From contig QPMI01000104.1 of assembly GCA_004431415.1 (NCBI GenBank), positions 62,001-126,000 of the forward strand: a DNA stretch of 64,000 nt, given 5' to 3'. This DNA comes from Cyanophora paradoxa CCMP329. Taxonomy: Eukaryota; Plantae; Glaucophyta. Positions within the stretch are counted from its first letter, which is position 1. Each line of letters begins with the position of its first letter. The translations under genes were made by a program, and so were the position numbers. The notes under the pieces were generated by a model. It was not told the DNA's origin, ran no database searches, and saw only the letters and a list, made by a program, of their open reading frames with translations. Below, in pieces: positions 55,058-64,000 of this stretch.

Positions 55058-57637
55058 TAATAAAATTGCCATGATGATCCTACTAGGCTACTAGTAGCAT
55101 ACTACTCGCCTACTACGAGTCTACAACTCGGCGACGCCGCGCTTCGAGTCGCCGTCTACTAGTACTGGTAGTATGCATATGAGGACTCGGACTCCCGGTC
55201 GACCTCAGGGTTGTCAGCCGAAATTAAATTCCGAAATATTCCGAAATTTTGGGTAAAGTTCTAGTGTGACTAGTACTTCTGCGTCGACGTCCTTGAGCTC
55301 TTCTATTCCGAAGTTCCTTCTCCTCGTGCTCGTTCTCCTTATCTTTTGCGTTATTCTGATCGTGTCCCTTCTCGTACGCGTGATCCCTCTTGATTCTGTT
55401 TTTTGTGCTAGTTTACTGTATCTAGTTTAAGTTCCCATCACTGATGCTGTGCTTTAGAAAGGTACAAAATGAACGAAAGGTTTGAATTCGAAGGTTTCGT
55501 ATCTGGATATCTAGCAGCTTTCTAGCTAAAGAGGGTTCTAACTAATACTAATGATCACGATGTGGAAGCTAGCTGTATCGGTTTTTAAACTAAACTGCCG
55601 GCTACGAAGTCCTATCTCTGGTGGTCGCCCGCCTCCTGCGCCGTCCCCTCCTGCTCTGGCCCCTGTAGTGACCCTTGGGCCCGTTCCTATTCCTGCTCTC
55701 GCTGCCCCTCTCGACGCTCCTTTTCCCCCATTCCCTGCGGTCCCGATCCCTGTGCTCCTTGGCCCGCTGGCCCCGCCTCTACCTCCTCCCTCCTTACAAC
55801 TTGCTGTCACGGGGCCTCTTCACTTGCCTGTTCCCCGGCAGGTCCCTGGTCATCTTGCAGCTCCGTACCCCTTCTTACCTCTTCCCCTTGCTCCTCCACT
55901 TCCGCCCCCGCGTGGCCCTCTTTCTGACGTCCTCCTGGTTCAGCCCCTCTTCAGCCCATCCTTCTTGCCCCGCTTCTGCAACTGTGACGCCGGGCGGCAC
56001 TATCTTTTTGCATGCCCCTCCCGCCACTACGTCCCCGGTCTCTTTGCGTCTGCATCCACTTTCCCGGGTCCGCTTGCAGGCCCCCTCGCCTCCAGAGCTC
56101 GCCATCACTTCGGCCTCCCTCGCCTCCGCTCTCGATTCTCCATACCCTTCGAATAGCCGCCTTCTCTCTCCTCCTCCGCCCTCCCTCCCCCCCTCGAGCT
56201 CCGGGTCCTCGGCCTCTGCTCCGCTTCCGAGTGTTGGCGAGACTGTCCTCTTTTCGGTCTCCCCGTCATTCCGGCTCCCTGCTCCCCTTCGGCGCCTCGG
56301 GTCCCATCTGCGGGTCCTCTCCCGCTTCCTGGCGCTCGTGAGATTCGCCGCCGGCGCCCTCGTCAGGCCCTTGCGCACTCGAGCTCGTCTCTCTCTGCGC
56401 CGCCCATGACCCCCGTGTCATCTGATCCGGCGCCACCTGACCTTTCTCCTGCTTCGCTGCCCTCTCTTCGGCGCCGGCAGCGATCCCCGTCACCTGTTCG
56501 CGGCCCTTCCCCTGCCTCCGGATCCGACCCTTCCTCGGCTCCCTCCTCGCCTCTTCCGTCTCGTAGGCCTCCGCCGCGTTCCCGTCGGCGGATCTCTCGA
56601 TCGACCCTGGACTCTCCGCCTGCCACTGTCTGCGGGGTACCTCCGCCACCGTGTTCGGCGCCGGCTGTCAGTACTTTGCTCGGTAGCTCCCCCGTCGTGG
56701 CTCCTCGGGGCCTCTTCGTCGTCGTCGTTCGCTGGGTTCCGGCTCCGGGTCAGATTTCTCGCCGGGCTTACCTTCTAGATCTCCTGGCTCTGCTCCTGGG
56801 CCCTCAGCTCCGGACCGGCTTCCCCGATCTCCTCCCGGACTCGTGGTCGTACCCGTCGCCGGCTTGCCGTGCCTGCGTCTCCTTCTACTTCCCTCCGGCG
56901 GTTTGCCGGGCCGGACCCTCCGGCCTTTGTTCTTGATACCGGACCGCCGCCTTTGCCTTCGTCTTCTGCTTCGCTGGTCGTATCCGCCGGCGCCGGCGTA
57001 CTTCGTCTTATAGTTTAGTTCGGTCTAGTTCGGATTCTGATCGTAGTGTTGATGCTAGAGTTAGTTTCAATACTAGCTATAGTCCTCGTGCTCGACCTGT
57101 TGTTCGCCGTCGTTTGCAGTTCGACTGCCCGCCTCGACCCGGCCGGCTTTAGTGATTCCTTTGACTGTCCTTTTGCCTGCTCTTGATCCGCCTGCTCCGC
57201 CTCCTGTGTCCTCCTCGACCTCGTGCCGTAGCTCTGCCCTTTCGCGTCGTCCTGCTTCGCCTCCGCCTCCGCGTCGTCTTGTTGTTCCTCTTACTTGTCT
57301 GCTTCCTGTTATTTATCTTTCTCAAATTTGTCCTCCGCTTCTTAGTGATGTCATTCCTTCCGATATTGATGGTATCTCTAGCTCTGGCTCTTCTTCGTGT
57401 CAGTCATCCTCTGTCCCTAGATCTGCTCGATTTCTCGTCTCTTCTCGATCTGTCTCGAGCTCCGTGTCTTTTCTTTTTTATTGTCGATTTTGGCTCTTTG
57501 TCTTATCTTTCTTCGTTCTCTTGTCTTAGTTATTTTGCTTTTTTGTCTTTATGCCCCCTGGGCAGCCCCCGCAGTGCTGGTGTCTAGAGACTGTGGCCGG
57601 TAATTTACCAAAAAAAAAAGTCCTATCTCTATAATTA

Positions 57638-59928
57638 TAAACTTGAAACTTTCAAGTTTGAAAAGACTCCCGATCATGATCATGGTATGGCAGCCTGCAG
57701 CCTGCACCTATAGCTACGCGTGCACGTGCGTCGATATCACGATGCATATGCCGACTCGACGGCGGTCCCGGACGGCGCCGCCGGGTCGATCGCGAGGCGC
57801 CGCCGCGCCGCGGCGGCCGGGTGCCGGACGGCGGTACCGGGTACTACCGGCGTACCGCGCCTCCCGCGGCCGCCGGAGCCCGCCCCTGCAGGGGCCCTGC
57901 AGCTGCGCATCATCCCAGCGCATGGCAGCGCATGCTCACCGCACGCCTGGCACGCGGTAATTTGTGGCGCGTTAATTAATTATTACACGGTAGCGGGCTA
58001 GTAGCGGGCCGGGTACTAGCGGGCCAGTAGGGGCTAGCCCGGCTAGCTATAGGCCAAGAGCCTGGCAAGAGGCTAGGGCTCGAAAGGTGCCTGCAGCTAC
58101 TAGGACCCTTCTAGGAAAAAAGCTACTACTAGGCTAGAAATGAGCTTTGGAAGCTCCTAGCTATAGTAGTATCTCCTGCTTGCTTGTGCATACCACGGTA
58201 TAAATGAAAAGAGAGCGCCGTGGCACGCATTCGAGATTAGAATTTCGAAGTGATCGCAAGGTTCGTACGTATACTGCGGTATAGGTAGAGGCGCGAGCGG
58301 GCAGGGCCCCGGGGGCCGGCGCCGCGCGCGCGGCCCATGGCCATGCATATGGCCATGCGCATGCTTTTTTAAGATCTAGATCGGTATGCGTATCTATAGC
58401 TCATCCGGATCCATGCGCGTCGACGTCCTCATCATGGCATCATCGATCGATATGTGTGTATCGCGATCTGATTAGTGTGAACGGCGCAGAAGTTCAACGG
58501 TTGCTTCATCGATCAACATGGGTGGTGCGTGTTGGCATTTCCAAGATTCCTGGTCAAGCATTCAAATCTAATGGCTCAAATGCATGTCATGTCGCCCGGG
58601 ATCCGAATCCATTTTCTCGAGCAGCTGGCAAGTGCTTTTCTGCTACGGGCTGCACGGGCACCACCCAGTTCTCCGGAGGTCATTCTGCCTCCACGAGTGA
58701 CATATTCAAGAATTGGTGTATTTCTAACTACGGATCCAAGTCCATGATATACGATACCACCAACAACGTGTGCACCAGCTGGCACCTCGACGCCGATGCC
58801 CAGGTCTGCTTTCCGATGCAATCCGATTATCTAGCTATAAATCTGAAATCGATTATGAGCTCGAGTATGCACGTACTACGTATACGCGTACGTACATAGC
58901 TCTAAATTATATATATAGTACTAGTAGCTAGGCTAGTAGCTAGTATAAAGTAGCTAGGTACCGGACCGCGGGTATATATATGCGCATGCCCGATCATATG
59001 CATATATGCATATCATAGTATATACATATATACTGTGACATTTGACGGCATATGCATGCGCAGGTTGTGGGCGCCGATGAGGACACCGAGATGGACGTCG
59101 CAGAGATGGAGGCGGAGATGGAGGCGGAGGCTTCGGTGCGCCAGCCTCGATTCATCATAAGTGATCGCAGAACATTCTAGCTGGTGCGCGTGATGTAACC
59201 GCGCGAGCGCTCGCAGATGCTCGAGGGCTTCGGTGCCGACCTCGACGTGCACGTCTCTGCCTAATCATGCCATGATGAGCCCCATGGCCATATATGCATA
59301 GCCATGACGAGTCCAAGGCAATGCATAAATTCGAATTCGATCTCTGGTCTTTGCGATTGTCGCGATCGCATTATATATATACATGTACATGTGAGATCCG
59401 CTTGCAGTCATACATTCTGTACATGTACATGTGCAGTCGATCGCAGCTTTGTCAATGTTAATCTCATCGAATTCGAAATTCGATGGCGGCGCCGGCGGCA
59501 GCTTGCCAATGCATTCGAAAATTCTGCAACCGGTACCTAGGTCTAGGGTTTCGCTCCTGCGCATGCAGCTGGGAATTCGAAGGGGAATCCGAATCCCACC
59601 GTATAATTCGAGATCTCGCGTTTCCCGCCTTGCGATTCGAGATCTCGCCGGGATCCGGGATTGCAACCCCGCGATTAATTGCACTCTAGATCTGCGATCC
59701 CGCGGAGCCAAACTCCCAGATCACAAATTGATTTCGCTGCTCTCAATTTTCGCTTGCGCATGCCGTACATGTCAATTGCAACGCGCCGCTGTCCATTTTT
59801 GCGATTGCTGTAGCAATTGCCAAGTTGGTTCTGACTGTTGGACGATCGCGACCTCGATGCCTTCAAAGTTATTTCAATAATACGATATGATACGATCTCG
59901 TTGTCGTTGCATACACATACGACCGAGC
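57638..59928 (-). repeat. right arm of the host inverted repeat (uninterrupted copy)
   Basis: Matches 51047-53056 and 53138-53495 in reverse orientation. Confidence 0.9.
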
Positions 59929-60140
59929 TCGAGCACGGCGAACTTCAAGCTCTAGCCGAGCAAAATCTGGCTGCGAAATTTCGCGAAGGTCGAAAAGCGC
60001 TAGGGCCGCAGGCTGATTGTGAGACAGGCCTACGCCGCAGCCCTTCTCGTGCTCGAAGTCCTCAGACCTGAGAAAATGTTGTTCAGTCAGCGGTTTGCGG
60101 CCTATAATTGAGCAAGCAAGCAAGGATCGTCACACCTCTG

Positions 60141-63100
60141 CTACTCGTGCTCGAAGGTCCTGGAGCCCTCGACGGCCTCGCTGAACATGCGAACGAGCCG
60201 CTCCTTGCTCTCGTAGGGGGGGAAGTAGCACTGCGGGGGAGGGGGAGGGGGAAGGGGCCGGGGGTACGGCGTCAGATGCAGGGGGTTGGGGCGGGGCGGG
60301 ACGGGCGCCGACGGCGAGGTCTAGGGCCAAAGCTGGAGGTTGGGATCGTAAGCTTAAAGGGAGCGTAAGCTTAGAGGGAGCGCCGGCAGCGGCGGGTCGA
60401 AGGGCAAGGCCGGGCTTGGGACGGGAGGGGGGGGGGGGGGGGGGGGGCGAGATCTAGGGGCCGTGGATCTAAGAGCGGGGCGGGCGGCGAGCGCCCTGGG
60501 TTTTGGGCGGGCGGGCGGCGAGATCCAGAATTCGAAGCAAAGCTGAGGTCGTGAGGTCGGCGGACCGTGTAGAAGCACGAGCGGAAGATCGGGTAGCGCT
60601 GGGCGTGGGCCGCCGTGCCGAGCTGAGCGAACTTGAACCGGTCTGCGCGACGCAAATCCATATAAACGCATATTTACGCGCATTGTCTGTCTGTCTGTTT
60701 GTTTGTTATGTCATGTTCGCGCACTCTTGGAGGCCCGGAAACCGCCCGGGGGCGCCCGGGGGCAGCCCGTGGCGCACTGGACGAACGCGGCCCGCCCCGC
60801 CTCGCCCGCCTCCCTCAGGTACTCGAAGAGCCACACGATCTGCGATGGGAATTTAGATCCGAACGAGGCGGAAACATATCTAGATGCTCGGAGGCGGCGC
60901 TATATATCCTAAAACTTTGCAATAATTTCCCTTTGATTTTCTCCCTCGAAATTCATTGCTGTCCGTTCTCGTTCGAGCTGACCTGGGGGGAGTCCTCGCT
61001 GTAGCCCTCGTAGACGGTCGCCCCCGCGATGTCCTCCACGTCGAGGGCCCTGGGGCGAGGCCGCGAGCGAGCGAGCGCGGGCGTCAGGTCGGGCTGTGCA
61101 GTCAAAGGCGCAGTCCAGAGGGCCGGAGGCCCTAGGGAGGTCTGGGCGCGCGCACTTTTGGCCCTCGACCATCTGCTTGAGCTCCCGTGGCGTGACGCTC
61201 GCCCGGGTGCGCAGGAAGTCGGCGGCGGCCGCCTTGAAGCCCTCCCGAATAAGTCTCATCTGGTCGACGTCGACGTAAATCAACCGAGAGAGCAACAGAG
61301 ACAACAGATCTAGAGAAGCGCAGTCGGTCTGCCCACCTTCGATACGAAGCCGGTCGATTCAAAGTGCGCCCTCGCACTCAGCTCGATGTACTCGTTCTGC
61401 AGCGCGATGAGAGCCGACAAACCAGTTTCCGGTTATTTGGGTATATATATGGTCTACGCTACGTAATCAATTGGTATCTTCGAATTCGGCCCTTAGGAGA
61501 CCGGCCGACTCGCCTTGTTCTCGGGGGTGACGCGCTTCTCCGCTCCGCCGGGCACGAGCTCCGCGCCGTCTCGGATCGACACGAAGTAGAACTCGCACGC
61601 GTCGCTCGCGTAGTCCGCCTCCTAAACAAGGACGAACGGCGTGAATCCGAAGCTACCTATAGCTACGCGAAGATGCGGAAATGCCGCGGAAATTGGCGGA
61701 CCTTGAGGTTGCGGGCGAGGACCGGCTCGACCTCTTGGAGCAGCGCGAAGTCCGGCTCCCCGCGCTTGCCGAGGAGGTACGCGTAGAAGGGGGCGGGGAG
61801 GCTCAGCGGCAGGACGTGCTGCGGCTGCGCGGGGAGGGAGAGGCACATCCCCATCGCCCAGCCGCACAGCACGGCGACCCTGAGGACGAGGGCGTCAAGC
61901 GCGTAAACCTCAGTCCGAAACGGGTGCGTGTGCGCACTCGCGCGGGACTTTGGCGTCCACGAGCCAGTGCAGCTCGGCGCCTCTGCCGCTGTTGTCCGCG
62001 TCCTTCTCCTGGAACAAGCACAGTGCGCCAGCTTTGGCGCTCTGCGGCTGGTCGACGTCGACGTCGACCTCGACGCTCTTGACGAGGCCCTCGGCCAGGA
62101 GGGAGAAGTACTCGGCGTTGACGCCCCGGCCGCCCCCGGCCTCCCTCCGCTCGAACGAGACGAACGAGACCTGAGAGAGGGGTGCGCGTCAGAGAGGGGC
62201 GGCGCTGGCGGGACACGGATGTCGAGTCATTATTTAATTTTGATGCTATTAGGCACGATAGCTTTAGTTACTGTTGTGTAACAATAATGTTGTTACTTTA
62301 GTTACGGTGCGTGTCAGAGAGGGGCGGCGCAGGCGCAGGCGCGACACGGATAGGTAATTATATAATACGGTAGCTTTAGTTTAGTTACTTTTTATAGCCT
62401 TTTCGTTGCTTTTTTATAGCTTTTTAGAGCTCGCGCGCCTTGAAGTCGTCTCTCCGGAGGCGGCGCCGGTCGGTCCTCCGGAGCATGCGCCCCTTGTAGA
62501 TGCGCTTCAGCTCGTCGATCCTGCGGGGGGAGAGGCGCGATGGCCGTAGTCAGCGTCGAGCGAATTTCGAGTGGAAATTGCGGGGGGGAGGCGCGACGGT
62601 CATGGTCAGCGTCGAGCTGACGCATGCATGGCTTGCATGGCTTTGTTGGGCATTTTCATTCTGTATTATTTATGGGTGCTGTATTCGCCATGTTTGCAGG
62701 TTTCTATTATTGGATAGGTAAAATAAGTGGTTTAAAATACCAGCGTCGAGCCGACGCAAGTGCGAGTCGAATTTCGAGCGAATTTCGGGTGGAAATGGCA
62801 ATTGACGCGCGCACGACTTGGCGACGATGTCGGACTTCTCGTGGGGGACCCGGAGGTGCAGGTCGAGGTGCCCGTCGCGCCCGTCTTCGTCGCCGTCGTC
62901 GTCGTCGCTCGGGAACAGGCCGTCAAAGTCCTCTTCAAGTTGGTTCGCCAGGGAGTGAAGGTGCTGCGCGGGCGAATCAAACATGCATTTCAATCAGCGA
63001 CGTTAGCGCAATCTTTATCAGAGCCGCGAGGCTTGAGCTCACCGGAAATTCGCGCTGCAGATCGATCGGATTCGACGAGGTATAGCTACCGGCGGCCTGA

Positions 63101-64000
63101 GACGCGGACAGCGCCGGAAGCAGGACCATAAAATGCTTGAAGAAGCGGAGAAACGCCGGAGGGGACTCGACCTCAACCTGGCGAATGGATCAGCAAGAAT
63201 ACACAAGAGAGTGATCAACGGCGCAATTGATTATAAAGCTAGACCGGACCTGGTGCGGCGACATTGATTAGCTATTAAGATATAAAGCAATAATTATGTT
63301 ATAACGGCGAAATCAAAGCCGGACCTGGTTGCGCTTGCGAGCGAGGAGCGCCTCGAGCTCTTGGACGGTCTCGAGCGCGCGGGCGCTCAGGGCGAGGGAC
63401 GCCCGCGCGTCCGCGCGGCTCTGGCGAGTCGTCGTCGGCCAGCGCGAGTACTCCAGCAGAAGGGGGTAGAGGCGGCCGGCCGCCCGGACGACGACCTCGC
63501 TGCTCTTCGGGAAGAAGATGCGCAGGATGGGGAAGCCGGGGCCGTTGTCGAAGAGCGCGAAGGGGCGCGCCCTGCTCCTGGTAATCTGCGGATCCGCCGG
63601 GCATAGCACGTCGGCGAAGTCGACGAGCGAGTCCGCGAGCATCGACACGTGCTCGCCGCCGTAGACGTCGGCGCGGTCGAGGAGGCAGCGGAGGACGGCG
63701 ACGGCGCCGGCGGCGGCCGCGTCGCTGCCGTCGCCGGCGAGGTCGCGGAGCTCCTTGACGACCCTCCGCATGACGGCCTTGCCCTTCGCGATCGACGACG
63801 ACGAGCTCGAGGAAGAGGACGTCGAAAGCTGAAGGCCGCTGTGCGCTTGGAAGTCGACGGGCTCGCCGTCCTGCACCCATCCCGGCTGCTGCACCCGCGC
63901 CGCCACCGCGGCGCGGCACCGGACGAGGGCGCCGACGACGGCGCGGCCCCAGAGGGCCGCGTGCGCATCGCCCTCGCCGGCCTCGTTGCACAGGCGGAGG
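60141..64000 (-). CDS. host HECT-domain E3 ubiquitin ligase, multi-exon, 5' end outside the window
   Basis: Exons encode [66 protein letters not shown] (catalytic Cys) and PPYESKERL...F*. Confidence 0.75.
62641..62742 (+). pseudogene. cox1: ~100-bp mitochondrial cox1 fragment (NUMT) in an intron of the HECT gene
   Basis: AT-rich island translating [30 protein letters not shown]. Confidence 0.85.

Noticed and set aside
60100-64000. Numerous overlapping Arg/Ala/Pro-rich ORFs on both strands (also 1-6400 and 52300-57600)
   Set aside because: Expected shadow ORFs in high-GC DNA; the real coding signal is explained by spliced host genes

Overview
Eukaryotic, GC-rich, short-intron (probably protist) genomic window carrying two related, co-oriented AT-rich endogenous Polinton-like/virophage-like DNA viruses. 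Element 2 (23742-51034, ~27.3 kb) is complete. It has ~1.46-kb terminal inverted repeats (TIRs) and a 6-bp GGCGAG target-site duplication (TSD). It encodes fibre proteins, two divergent penton-like genes, a major capsid protein, an HNH-AP2 nuclease, an A32 ATPase, an AEP-primase/SF3-helicase, a RING protein, a Polinton-type PolB with a degenerate exonuclease domain, and an rve integrase. Element 1 (6416-~23706) is a syntenic but divergent relative. It is inserted in an exon of a host multi-repeat zeta-carbonic-anhydrase-like gene and is truncated inside its primase-helicase gene. It carries an AdoMet decarboxylase, a patatin-discoidin protein and an expanded fibre array. Comparing the two elements reveals conserved cis-architecture: perfect 28-bp terminal hairpins with covarying stems and a conserved loop, and an origin-like inverted iteron cassette whose hexamer differs (GTTGAC vs GTGGGG), with one copy directly after the helicase gene. 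They also share a modular fibre family with one N-terminal module and swappable tips. Most broken viral ORFs are repaired by adding one G/C to a homopolymer, which suggests sequencing error rather than decay. Right flank: a ~2-kb host inverted repeat, a pogo-like remnant, and a HECT E3 ligase gene with an intronic cox1 NUMT. All family assignments rest on motif recognition only; no searches were run.
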